A stretch of DNA of 64,000 nucleotides from Candidatus Zixiibacteriota bacterium (lineage in GTDB: Bacteria; Zixibacteria; MSB-5A5; GN15; JAAZOE01), in NCBI GenBank assembly GCA_043819555.1, contig JBDREQ010000031.1, positions 1 to 64,000 on the forward strand, read 5' to 3'. Of the stretch, positions 9,817-19,406 are shown in pieces; within the stretch, counting starts at the first letter, position 1, and each line of letters starts with the position of its first letter. The notes under the pieces are model-generated. The model had not been told where the DNA came from and did not search any database. It saw only the letters and a list, made by a program, of their open reading frames with translations. Made by a program: the position numbers and the translations under genes.

Positions 9817-10827
9817 ATGAAGGCATTAATAACTGGAATCACAGGGCAGGATGGTTCATATTTGGCGGAATTTTTATTATCGCGCGGATATGAAGTGCAT
9901 GGAATTACCCGCCCTTCATCCTCCAGTCACACCGGACGCATAAATCATATCATTGACCGCCTGCGGCTTCATCAGGTCGATATTCTTGACCAGATGGAGA
10001 TTATACATCTCCTCGAAGAGATTAAGCCCAGCGAAATATACAATCTCGCGGGAATGCCATGCGATTTTGGCAAAGCTCTTCAAATTGAAACAGGTGGTCA
10101 GACCAATGCTCTCGGACCGGTCAGATTGCTGGAAGCTATCCGGTTTTTGGATCCTGAGATAAAATTTTTCCAGGCATCCCCGTCGGAAATTTACGCTTCC
10201 TCAGAAGAGTTGATAAGCGAGAATTCACCATATGCACCAATATCGGCCTACGCGATATCGAAATTCAGCGCCCATCAGATGACGATCATGTACCGTGAAA
10301 AATATAATTTGAAATCGTGCTGCGGAATCTTGTTCGATCATGAATCACCCCGCCGGGATCCTCGCCACCTGACCCGTCAAATTACCAGAGGGGCGGCAAA
10401 AATCAAGCTTGGCCTTCAGGAACATCTGGTTCTCGATACAATCGACATTCAAAAGGACTGGGGTTATGCCGGCGATTATGTTCGCGCGTTCTGGATGATG
10501 ATTCAGCATCCCCGGCAGGATAATTTCATAATCGCGAGCGGAAAACTTCATTCGCTTGAAGAATTTTGCCAGACCGCTTTCGCCGCGGTTGACCTTGATT
10601 GGCAGGACTATATAACAATTAGAAACTCGTTCCTGACTCGGAGAAAATCAGAACGACGCATCGGTGATATCTCGCATATCCGCCGCAAACTTCTTTGGGA
10701 ACCGGAAGTTTCATTCGATCAAATGGTGCAGTTGATGGTTGATTCCGAATTGGAACGGCTGTCTCCCAAATATCAATTGCCGACCGAATTTTATTCAAAA
10801 TCCAACAGTGAGGTACCTACTAAATGA
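9817..10827 (+). CDS. gmd: GDP-mannose 4,6-dehydratase homolog with a degenerate active site
   Basis: ITGITGQDGSYLAE, YxxxK, HESPRR and DWG are present, but QASTSE is changed to QASPSE. Confidence 0.8.
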   Translation: MKALITGITGQDGSYLAEFLLSRGYEVHGITRPSSSSHTGRINHIIDRLRLHQVDILDQMEIIHLLEEIKPSEIYNLAGMPCDFGKALQIETGGQTNALGPVRLLEAIRFLDPEIKFFQASPSEIYASSEELISENSPYAPISAYAISKFSAHQMTIMYREKYNLKSCCGILFDHESPRRDPRHLTRQITRGAAKIKLGLQEHLVLDTIDIQKDWGYAGDYVRAFWMMIQHPRQDNFIIASGKLHSLEEFCQTAFAAVDLDWQDYITIRNSFLTRRKSERRIGDISHIRRKLLWEPEVSFDQMVQLMVDSELERLSPKYQLPTEFYSKSNSEVPTK

Positions 10828-11342
10828 TGCAGATGCACCAACCGGGAGTGGAATTGAACCTCAATACCGAGGCCGTTTCACAAAGCGCTGGCAGGCGGAA
10901 GATTAAATTATCCGTTAACGATTATAATTCCTGTGATCCGGCCGCCGCGCAGGCTGAAAAACTGGTTATATCATGCCGGGAAAATGTTCGCTTTTTGACC
11001 CGGCATTTGAAAAGATACGCCAGATATCTTGAATTGCCGCGAGTGGCCGACGATGTTCTATATCTGGCCCTCTCAATTCGCATAAAAGAAGACGCTCCGT
11101 TTGATATGGGCGAATTGACTTCTCACTTTTCCAGGGCCGGCATTGAAATTCGAAGCAATTTTGGATTTTTACCTGACCCTGACGAATTTGTTCGGACGGA
11201 TAAAAAAGATCGGATATCATCCGCGAACGTCAGTGACTCGAACCGTTTTTGCGTTCCTTGTCATCAATTTCTGACCATTCCCGATTTGCAATACATTGCC
11301 CTCCAATTTGATACGTTTTTCGAACGATGGGGTGATAATTAA
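10824..11342 (+). CDS. Stand-alone C-terminal domain of a DegT/DnrJ-family aminotransferase
   Basis: LELP..., IRIKEDAPFD..EL..HF..AGIEIR..F and VPCHQFLT..DL.YI resemble the DegT/RfbH/ColD C-terminus; there is no PLP-binding domain. Confidence 0.65.
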   Translation: MMQMHQPGVELNLNTEAVSQSAGRRKIKLSVNDYNSCDPAAAQAEKLVISCRENVRFLTRHLKRYARYLELPRVADDVLYLALSIRIKEDAPFDMGELTSHFSRAGIEIRSNFGFLPDPDEFVRTDKKDRISSANVSDSNRFCVPCHQFLTIPDLQYIALQFDTFFERWGDN

Positions 11343-11578
11343 TGGTACACCGATGTTAGTTGCTAAACAAAGTACGAAGATGGCCGATAAACTTGAAACA
11401 GGTACGCTCGAATGCTTGAGAGCGCAGATAACGGGGAGTAAATGGGGACTCCGGGGTATAAATGAAAATAAATCGAAAAAATAATTGCTGTTTCAGATCA
11501 GGAATGTCTGAGCCCGTTATCATTGCTTCCAAAAGAACAAAAGTACTGCCAAGACGCATATCGTGGGGGAATTGATAA

Positions 11579-12967
11579 ATGCTTCGGGAAAAACAGAATC
11601 ACTGGAGACAATTGAATCTACTGGGTGATTTGGTTTTGACCTTTATCTCTCTATATGTCACTAAAGTTTTATTTGCCATCGGAAATGATGCCGCCATTAC
11701 CGGTTTGCTTTATACGCTTACTCTTTTGATCTGGGCCTTATCATTGTATAGTCCCGCCGGTTCATATTACTACCGGATGAAATCAAAAGTCCAGATAATG
11801 GGAGAATTATTCTGGGCCCTGGGCCGTTCTTATCTTGCTTTTACGGCCATTATATTTTTCTCAGGGCTAAATTTTCCAGTTCAAATGGTTATCAGTTTTT
11901 TTGGTATTAATGCCGCTTTGCTGACGATATTTAGATTTTCCCTGATGACATTTCTGTATAATTACCGCCGCCGGGGAAAATCAATTCGGAATATCCTGAT
12001 AATCGGGACCGGTGACAGGTCTCGCCAAATAACCGATAAAATCCAGGGAAACAACCATTGGGGCATGAGTGTTATGGGCTTTATGGATTATGAACGCCGG
12101 GGTCTGTGGAGTTATCATGATATTCCATTAATTGGCCATCCCGATGGTTTGGCTGAGGTCATCAGCAATAATCAGGTTGACTATATAGTCATTGCCTCCG
12201 AAAATGGCGATTTGCCGCTTACACGGCATGCTTTCGCCATCGGCGAAGAAATGGGTGTAACCGTTTGTCTGCTGTCAGATTTTTATTATCACCCTATTTC
12301 TAGGGCCTCATCCACAAGTTTCCTTGATTTTCCCGCGGTAAAATATTCTTCAGTCCCGGCCGGCCATACGCAGTTGACGCTTAAGGGCTGTCTTGATTTT
12401 CTGGGAGGTCTGGTCGGAATTTTACTTTCAATACCTGTCGCAATAATGGCGATGATATCGATCAAACTTGAAGACGGCGGACCGATATTCTTCAGACAAA
12501 TGCGTTCGGGTAAAAATGGTAAAACGTTTACGCTATATAAATTCCGGACTATGGTTCCCAATGCGGAACAACTCAAGAAAAAATTGATGGCAAAAAATGA
12601 AATGTCGGGACCGGTATTTAAGATGAAAAAAGATCCCCGCATCACTCGGATAGGGCATCTCTTAAGAAAAACATCTATTGATGAATTGCCTCAGTTTATA
12701 AATATTCTTAAAGGAGATATGTCGCTGGTTGGACCGCGGCCACCTTTGCCGAGCGAAGTTGTCAAATATGACCGCTGGCAGCGCCGGAAACTGTCAGTCA
12801 AACCAGGCCTGACTTGCCTCTGGCAGGTCAATGGCCGCAATCAAATTGATTTTGAAGAGTGGATGAAACTCGATCTCGAATATATCGACAATTGGTCGCT
12901 CTGGCTCGATGCCAAGATTCTGATGAAAACCGTTCCAGTCGTTCTAAAAGGCAGCGGAGCGTCGTAA
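11579..12967 (+). CDS. Priming undecaprenyl-phosphate sugar phosphotransferase (WcaJ/WbaP-like)
   Basis: YKFRTM, DPRIT, SIDELPQ, MSLVGPRP and KPGLT motifs; 4+1 TM segments. Confidence 0.95.
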   Translation: MLREKQNHWRQLNLLGDLVLTFISLYVTKVLFAIGNDAAITGLLYTLTLLIWALSLYSPAGSYYYRMKSKVQIMGELFWALGRSYLAFTAIIFFSGLNFPVQMVISFFGINAALLTIFRFSLMTFLYNYRRRGKSIRNILIIGTGDRSRQITDKIQGNNHWGMSVMGFMDYERRGLWSYHDIPLIGHPDGLAEVISNNQVDYIVIASENGDLPLTRHAFAIGEEMGVTVCLLSDFYYHPISRASSTSFLDFPAVKYSSVPAGHTQLTLKGCLDFLGGLVGILLSIPVAIMAMISIKLEDGGPIFFRQMRSGKNGKTFTLYKFRTMVPNAEQLKKKLMAKNEMSGPVFKMKKDPRITRIGHLLRKTSIDELPQFINILKGDMSLVGPRPPLPSEVVKYDRWQRRKLSVKPGLTCLWQVNGRNQIDFEEWMKLDLEYIDNWSLWLDAKILMKTVPVVLKGSGAS

Positions 12968-12995
12968 ATAAATAGACCTGGCATTCAATGGATGG

Positions 12996-14537
12996 ATGCT
13001 GAAAGATTTCAGGATGAAATTAAAAAGTACATATTTGACTTTTGGGCTGTTTGTATCAATATCTGCGATTGCCTGCGGTCAAATTATATATCCCCCCGGA
13101 AACGATATTTTCGATTTTGATTATCTAAGACAATATCGAACCGGCGTTATTCAAAATGCCTGGAATCTACTTCTGCCTTCGGGGCCTTTCACGATCAAAG
13201 ATTTTACACAAGCATCATCTTTATCAAGCGGCGGAATCCGAGCTTTGAATGTCTTCGATGATAACAATATTAATTGCTTTGCCATCGGCGGCGAACAATA
13301 TCAAGCCAGGAAATCGGAACACGGTCAAAACATCCCTTATATAATGGGGGGATTCACACATTGCCCCGGAAAACACTTCGGACTTATTTCTCATTTTGTC
13401 CTTGACCGCGCCAAGGCTCAGGATCCGGATTATACGGGCAAAAAGTACCGGGGAATGGCGGGGAATCTGGAAACTGCCGTTTTAAGTTTCGAAAATCAAA
13501 ATGTCATCGCGATTTTTGGAAGAACTCGCCTGTTTTGGGGACCGCAAAGGATAAACTTGTTATTATCAAGCACGGCTGAACCCCTCGATTTGCTTTTGGC
13601 GGGATACCATCGGGGACGAATTAACTTCCAGTTTCTGTTTGCCCGCCTCGACGGAAGCCATCCCGATAGTATCGATATGGTACGATTGCCCGAGCGGACG
13701 TTTGAAGATAATCGGTATATGGCTGGACACAGGCTGGATATTCGCCTGCACAAACGATTGAGATTCGGATTATTCGAGACAATTCTCTACGGCGGAGAAG
13801 GCCGACCGCCGGAATTGTATTATCTGAACCCCCTTCAGTTTTTTCATTCGGCCCAGCTAAATGAGAATGCCGATGACAATACCATTATCGGGGGTGATTT
13901 TATCTTCCTGCCCGGGAAAGGCATGAGCTTATATGGCCAGTTATTGATTGATGATTTCCAAATTGATGATAAATCCCAGGGCGACCAGGAACCGGATGAA
14001 ATCGGAATTATGGGCGGTCTTTTTCGAGCTGGTCAAACCGGTACTTTTAATCCCGATATAAAGGTTGAATATGTTCGCATTACCAATCGAACATATCATC
14101 AGCGCGACCCGAAGAATCGTTACTTGTTCCGCAATAAACTGTTGGGCCATCCACTGGGTCCCGACGCCGATTCAATCTCAATTAAAATCAGGTTCTGGCC
14201 GTCGAGTGATTTCTTTGCCGAAATTGAGGCAGCATACCGCCGACGGGGCGAAGGCTCTATTTTCAAGCCATGGGATGAACCCTGGTTAGAGGCTGAAGGC
14301 GACTATTCAGAACCGTTCCCGACTGGTGTTGTCGAAAAATCAGGTTTAATAGCTATACGAGTCCGAGGTTACATCCCCTTTTCACCATATACCAGAAAAC
14401 ACTTATTTGTTTCAATGGATACAGGAATTGCTGACATTGAGAATTATCAAAATCAACCGGGTATCAATAAAACCTCATCATTCTTTAAAATAGGTCTCAG
14501 CTGGTTGGGATTTTCCAAATTGAGCATTTCCGAATAA
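12996..14537 (+). CDS. wzi: Capsule assembly Wzi-family outer membrane protein (start may be 13014)
   Basis: Signal peptide; HRL, YLNP, YGQLLIDD and LGHPLGPD motifs. Confidence 0.75.
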   Translation: MLKDFRMKLKSTYLTFGLFVSISAIACGQIIYPPGNDIFDFDYLRQYRTGVIQNAWNLLLPSGPFTIKDFTQASSLSSGGIRALNVFDDNNINCFAIGGEQYQARKSEHGQNIPYIMGGFTHCPGKHFGLISHFVLDRAKAQDPDYTGKKYRGMAGNLETAVLSFENQNVIAIFGRTRLFWGPQRINLLLSSTAEPLDLLLAGYHRGRINFQFLFARLDGSHPDSIDMVRLPERTFEDNRYMAGHRLDIRLHKRLRFGLFETILYGGEGRPPELYYLNPLQFFHSAQLNENADDNTIIGGDFIFLPGKGMSLYGQLLIDDFQIDDKSQGDQEPDEIGIMGGLFRAGQTGTFNPDIKVEYVRITNRTYHQRDPKNRYLFRNKLLGHPLGPDADSISIKIRFWPSSDFFAEIEAAYRRRGEGSIFKPWDEPWLEAEGDYSEPFPTGVVEKSGLIAIRVRGYIPFSPYTRKHLFVSMDTGIADIENYQNQPGINKTSSFFKIGLSWLGFSKLSISE

Positions 14538-14719
14538 TTTTGTTATAGCATTTCTTGTCATATTAGTACTAATAATGAAAAACTTGATATTGACGTAATT
14601 GCATCTTTCTTAAAATCCAGCTCCGGAGGCTGAGTAACCATGCCTCGACGAAATCTTGAGCATAAAGCGTAACAAATCATCTTTTTGCCTGCTCAAATAA
14701 AATTCCATAGTAATCCCGC

Positions 14720-14750
14720 AAAGGACCGCCCCCATCGGGCCGGTCTTTTT
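14720..14750 (+). terminator. Intrinsic terminator
   Basis: AAAGGACCG-CCC...GGG-CCGGTCTTTTT. Confidence 0.65.
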
Positions 14751-14794
14751 ATCAAAAAATTGCATCTCATTTCAATATCAATTATATACATCGC

Positions 14795-15337
14795 ATGTTT
14801 GATATTTCTCAGGCAGAACGAATCGTCATTGTCGGCAACGGCGGCTCCGGCAAATCAACTTTGGCCTCCCGGCTGGAAGAGATTCTCCAAATTCCGGTAT
14901 TACATCTCGACAAGTTTTTCTGGCAACCAGGATGGCGCCAACCGGATCCCGAATGGTGGCGCAGGAAGCATAATGAATTGATCAGCCGGGAACGCTGGAT
15001 AATCGACGGCTCATACTCTGATACGTTTTTGGAGCGGCTTAAACGGTCAGAGGCGGTCATTCTTCTTGATTTTTCCACGCTTTGCTGCCTCAAGAATATT
15101 ATTGGCAGAATCCTTCGAAGTTATGGCCAGGTGCGGCCGGATATGGCCAAAGGATGCGCCGAAAAATTCGATTGGGAATTTATTAAGTGGATTTGGCAAT
15201 TTAAAAGTAAAAATTATCCCCGGATATTTAGCGCGTTGTCAAAATGCAATATGAGCGACCGATGCGTTATTTTGAAAAATAGAAAATCGGTGAATCTGTT
15301 TATTAAATCTCTCCAACAAATAAAAAAACCCGCCTGA
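14795..15337 (+). CDS. FlaR/topology-modulation adenylate-kinase-like P-loop protein
   Basis: GNGGSGKST, HLDKFFWQPGW, WIIDGSY and RPDMAKGCAEK motifs. Confidence 0.85.
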   Translation: MFDISQAERIVIVGNGGSGKSTLASRLEEILQIPVLHLDKFFWQPGWRQPDPEWWRRKHNELISRERWIIDGSYSDTFLERLKRSEAVILLDFSTLCCLKNIIGRILRSYGQVRPDMAKGCAEKFDWEFIKWIWQFKSKNYPRIFSALSKCNMSDRCVILKNRKSVNLFIKSLQQIKKPA

Positions 15338-15352
15338 AGAGACGGGCTTTTT
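15322..15352. terminator. Bidirectional terminator
   Basis: A-run, CCCGCCT/AGACGGG stem, T-run, between convergent genes. Confidence 0.7.
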
Positions 15353-15370
15353 ATCATAGATAAAATTTAC

Positions 15371-15904
15371 TTAAATGATCCTGGCCTGTTTCAACAGCTT
15401 GGAACTGATTATGAGACCAGCTCTATCGACAGTCGCTTTATTGATTTCAAATTTTACTTTGGATTTCCCATCACTTTCATCATTATAAAAATTAATCATA
15501 ACCCCGTAATTGGCAAAATACTCACAATCGCTGACAGTCAGGACCGGATTGCCGTTGACCTTTTTCAATACCTTCGCCAAATCAGAAGTTTCCTTCGATG
15601 CCAAAAACAGAATCTGGCAATCATAACTTTGCTCATTTATAGCTTTCTCTTTAATTACGATTTTCCTGCCGTCTTTGGTCCTGGCCTCGGCCATAGCCTT
15701 TAGTTGTGGCAAAAGCGAGGTATCACCGATGACGGAAATCGTGATTGTGTTGTTTGCGTCGGGATTGCTGCCGGTTGGCCATTCAACATAATCGACAAGA
15801 TCTACAATAAACCTGGATTTATATTCAGCGTCATTATCAAAGTCGGCGCCAACCATTGCCCACATTAAAAGCAAAGTAAATAAGCTGATACTTAGGTTCT
15901 TCAT
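15371..15904 (-). CDS. YfiR-family periplasmic protein
   Basis: EYKSRF..YVEWP, CQILF, PVLTVSD, GVMINF, FEIN and ISSKLL motifs. Confidence 0.85.
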   Translation of the reverse strand: MKNLSISLFTLLLMWAMVGADFDNDAEYKSRFIVDLVDYVEWPTGSNPDANNTITISVIGDTSLLPQLKAMAEARTKDGRKIVIKEKAINEQSYDCQILFLASKETSDLAKVLKKVNGNPVLTVSDCEYFANYGVMINFYNDESDGKSKVKFEINKATVDRAGLIISSKLLKQARII

Positions 15905-16246
15905 AAACCATTCTCCATCATTCTATTCTATAAAGACTACTGGAAATTTCCCGGTACTTTGGGCAGAAAACTCCCCGTATATAATTTTATCGGGAGAGCC
16001 CGCCATACTATTAACCATTTTTTATCCCAAATCGTTCCAGAGAATATAGACGTATAATTTGCCAACACTAAGAACGAAGATAATGGACCACCAGCCGAAA
16101 AAAGGCATTTGCCTGCCAAAATCAAAACATCTCTTATTATATTTGACTCTCCAATATTTATTGTGTATAATTTCTTTATGCATACCCGGGATTATTCTGG
16201 CGCATGGTTCGTGCGGGAAATTAGAACTTGTACTTTGGATGGGTAA

Positions 16247-18808
16247 ATGAAAAAGTTTCTTGGGTTCATCGCATTTGGGGACTGTACATTATTTAGGTTA
16301 ATTTTCATATCCATTTGTCTATCCATATTTTCAAATTATCCTATCAAAGCGGAGGATAATAATAGCAGCAACATCGGCAATTTGGAATCAGCTATTGGTT
16401 TTCCCGAATATGAAGATTTTGTTTTCAGCCGCAATAATGTCAGGTTATCATTAACGAATTTCGGGATTTTGGGGGCGGCCAATAAGCTCAATAATCATAT
16501 AAGTTGTGAATACCCGGCCAATTCATACATAGAATATATGGCTTTTGCCAACCTATGGGTCGGCGGCATTATTGGTAAGGATACGGTTGTTTCAACAGCC
16601 GGAATTTTTGACCTGCCCGGCACATCATACCGGGCAACGGAATTTTGGCCCGATGGATATATGACCAAAAGGTCAAATATAAAAAGCGAACCATATTATA
16701 GTACGGATGCCATATCTGATCTTGATATAATTTGTACTTACACCGACACATTATCGAAAGCAATGAATTTTTCGGCCCGCCCGGAAGACAGCTATGATGA
16801 TCGACCACATATACCGCTGAATATCTCATTTACCCAAAGCAGTTACGTTTGGAGTTATAATTACGCCGATGACTTTATTATTTTTGACTATGAAATGACT
16901 AATGTCGGAGATGAGCCAATTCGTGAGGCATATATTGGATTTTTGGTGTATCCTTTGGTAGGTGACAAGGGAGGAATGCAAATGGGTATCAGTATTGATG
17001 ATGAGCTCATAGGGTTTAAAGGAATTTCTGAACTTTGGTCGGAACCATGTTTTCCTCCTGATAGATTGGATATGATGTGGTGGGCCGATAATGACGGAGA
17101 CCCTCTCCATTATACGCAATGGACTAACCAATCACCTCGGGCAGCTGCAAGCCTTCATTTTCTAAGAAAACCCAAAGATGAACTTCAGGTCAGCTTTAAT
17201 TGGTTCTATAACAGCTCGTACTGGAGTCTTAATTTTGGACCGCGATTAAAAACATACTCCAAATTTTTTCATCGGGGATTAGGCACTCCTACGGGTGATC
17301 GCAATAAGTACTATTTAATATCCCATCACGAGGTGGATTATGACCAATTGTATGCGACGCTGGATCATCAGGCAGAAGGATTTTTGCCACCTCCCGGCAA
17401 TTGGTGGGGTTGGTATTTGGCTAATGGCGCTCAGACAACCTCAATACTATCGGTCGGCCCAATAGATTTGGAACCAAGTGAGACAACTCATTTTACGACC
17501 GCATTAGTTTTTGGGGATGAATTTCACACCAACCCGCACGATTTCTATACCAAATTTCATGGTTTCTATCCCGATGAATTTTATAATACATTAAATTTCA
17601 ATGATCTTCTTGAGAATGCTAAGTGGGCGGCTTTCACGTTTGATAATCCCGGGGTCGATACCGACGGCGATGGTTATGGCGGGGAATATATCTGGAAATG
17701 CAACTGCGACAAAGTTGATACCTGCTATGAAGTTGGCGATCATCCTCCCGACACGACCCGCGAATGTTGTTTCAAGCGGTATTATACCGGTGACGGCATT
17801 CCCGATTTTCGCACGGCCGCTCCGCCACCGCCGCCGGTCGTTAAGACGGTTCCCGACTATGGTAAAGTGACAGTGCGCTGGAATGGACAGGATTCGGAAG
17901 AATATATTGATTTCATGACCCAGCAAAAAGGATTTGAAGGATACAAAGTATATTATGGCGAGTTCAGCCGGGAGGATGATTTTGTTCTGGTCAAGACCTA
18001 TGACCGGGATGATTTTAAGATGTATGAATTTGATAATTACTCCGGTAAATGGCGAGGTGTTTATCTGGGGATAACACGCGACAGCCTGTTAAGTCTCTAT
18101 GGTCATGATTTTGATCCTGAGGAATACTATGATGAACATCATGCTTACTATGATGGCTTCGCTGATAAATATCTGTACTTTGAATTACAGAACTGGAACC
18201 AATCCGACCTGTCCGATCCGAACGGGATACATAAAGTTTATCCGGACGCCTCGCATCGGGATCCGAACGACACCACTGAGGAAGGTTATCTGCGCTATTA
18301 TGAATATGAATACACGATCTATAACTTGCAACCGTCACGGGCCTATTATTTCAATGTGACGGCTTTCAACAAGGGTAATTTCAATCCCCGGGTGGGAGTT
18401 ATGGAATCATCGGTGACGGCCAATGCCGTTCGCGATTTTGCCTTACCTCCCTCAGAAGCGGTTTCGCGCGAGGGATTGAATGTGATGGTGTTTCCCAATC
18501 CGTATCGTATTGACGGCGGTTATGCCCGGGCGGGATATGAGAATCGGAGTCGTCAAAAATCAGCCGAGCGCTCTCGCGCGATTCATTTCGCCAATCTGCC
18601 GCCGATTTGCACAATCAGGATATTCACTATCGACGGCGATTTGGTCAGAGAAATAAAACATTTTTATCCCGAAGGCGGCCCTGGCTCGCAGGAAGAAACA
18701 TGGAATATCATCAGCCGCAACACTCAGGCCATCACAACCGGTATCTATATCTGGCATGTCCGCTCGGACATGGGCGACCAAACCGGAAAACTTGTTATTA
18801 TGAAATAA
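16247..18808 (+). CDS. Large secreted protein with FN3-like region and T9SS/FlgD-like C-terminal domain
   Basis: Signal peptide; C-terminal VFPNPYR...FANLPPICTIRIFTIDGDLVREI...GIYIWHV...GKLVIMK. Confidence 0.75.
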   Translation: MKKFLGFIAFGDCTLFRLIFISICLSIFSNYPIKAEDNNSSNIGNLESAIGFPEYEDFVFSRNNVRLSLTNFGILGAANKLNNHISCEYPANSYIEYMAFANLWVGGIIGKDTVVSTAGIFDLPGTSYRATEFWPDGYMTKRSNIKSEPYYSTDAISDLDIICTYTDTLSKAMNFSARPEDSYDDRPHIPLNISFTQSSYVWSYNYADDFIIFDYEMTNVGDEPIREAYIGFLVYPLVGDKGGMQMGISIDDELIGFKGISELWSEPCFPPDRLDMMWWADNDGDPLHYTQWTNQSPRAAASLHFLRKPKDELQVSFNWFYNSSYWSLNFGPRLKTYSKFFHRGLGTPTGDRNKYYLISHHEVDYDQLYATLDHQAEGFLPPPGNWWGWYLANGAQTTSILSVGPIDLEPSETTHFTTALVFGDEFHTNPHDFYTKFHGFYPDEFYNTLNFNDLLENAKWAAFTFDNPGVDTDGDGYGGEYIWKCNCDKVDTCYEVGDHPPDTTRECCFKRYYTGDGIPDFRTAAPPPPPVVKTVPDYGKVTVRWNGQDSEEYIDFMTQQKGFEGYKVYYGEFSREDDFVLVKTYDRDDFKMYEFDNYSGKWRGVYLGITRDSLLSLYGHDFDPEEYYDEHHAYYDGFADKYLYFELQNWNQSDLSDPNGIHKVYPDASHRDPNDTTEEGYLRYYEYEYTIYNLQPSRAYYFNVTAFNKGNFNPRVGVMESSVTANAVRDFALPPSEAVSREGLNVMVFPNPYRIDGGYARAGYENRSRQKSAERSRAIHFANLPPICTIRIFTIDGDLVREIKHFYPEGGPGSQEETWNIISRNTQAITTGIYIWHVRSDMGDQTGKLVIMK

Positions 18809-18984
18809 CTACCACCCGCCCTGATATAAATTTCCTTCGCATTTTTCATATAGCAAGACTGTAATACACCAGACCAACCACGCGACAGCTAAGAACAAGC
18901 TTTACCTGTTCCGCGCAGGAATTTTGTGAAGATGATAATACCAGGCCGACACGCAACTATATCCGGTAGTTCCCGTAAAAAGGA

Positions 18985-19013
18985 TTGCAAATAATTCTTC
19001 GACAGGTTATACT
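18985..19013 (+). promoter_or_regulatory. sigma70-type promoter
   Basis: TTGCAA-N17-TATACT, followed by a GGGGAGG SD before 19047. Confidence 0.6.
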
Positions 19014-19046
19014 TAAATATCCTGTTGGAACGGGGAGGCAGTAGTC

Positions 19047-19298
19047 ATGCGTGTGATAGGTATTATCTTAATTACATTCGGAGTCCTGTTTATTCTCAGC
19101 GCCGGCGGATTCGAAATTATTGGAGGCATAATCGGGGGTATAGTTGGATTAATCGCCGGAGTTTTTGGCTTGGTGGTGGGCTTAATCGGCGGCGCTATCG
19201 GGCTTATTGTCGGTTTGGGGGTAACATTAATTGTCCTGGCAATTCCGATCTTGATAATTGGACTGATAATCTCGGCTGTGGTTCATATTGTCGCCTGA
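19047..19298 (+). CDS. Small glycine-zipper membrane protein
   Basis: 83 aa, almost entirely hydrophobic with G every 3-4 residues; good SD. Confidence 0.8.
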   Translation: MRVIGIILITFGVLFILSAGGFEIIGGIIGGIVGLIAGVFGLVVGLIGGAIGLIVGLGVTLIVLAIPILIIGLIISAVVHIVA

Positions 19299-19406
19299 CC
19301 ATAAACTATTCTTACATTTAGGCCATAACGTCCAGGCAAGATAATGAGAATAATTAATTCAGATAACTATATTTAAAATCTCAGTGATTTTTGGTGAGGA
19401 CAAAAA

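Noticed and set aside
11353..11574. Two short ORFs (43 and 37 aa) before the priming transferase
   Set aside because: They have no motifs. Nearby GG...GC pairs have the wrong spacing for sigma54.
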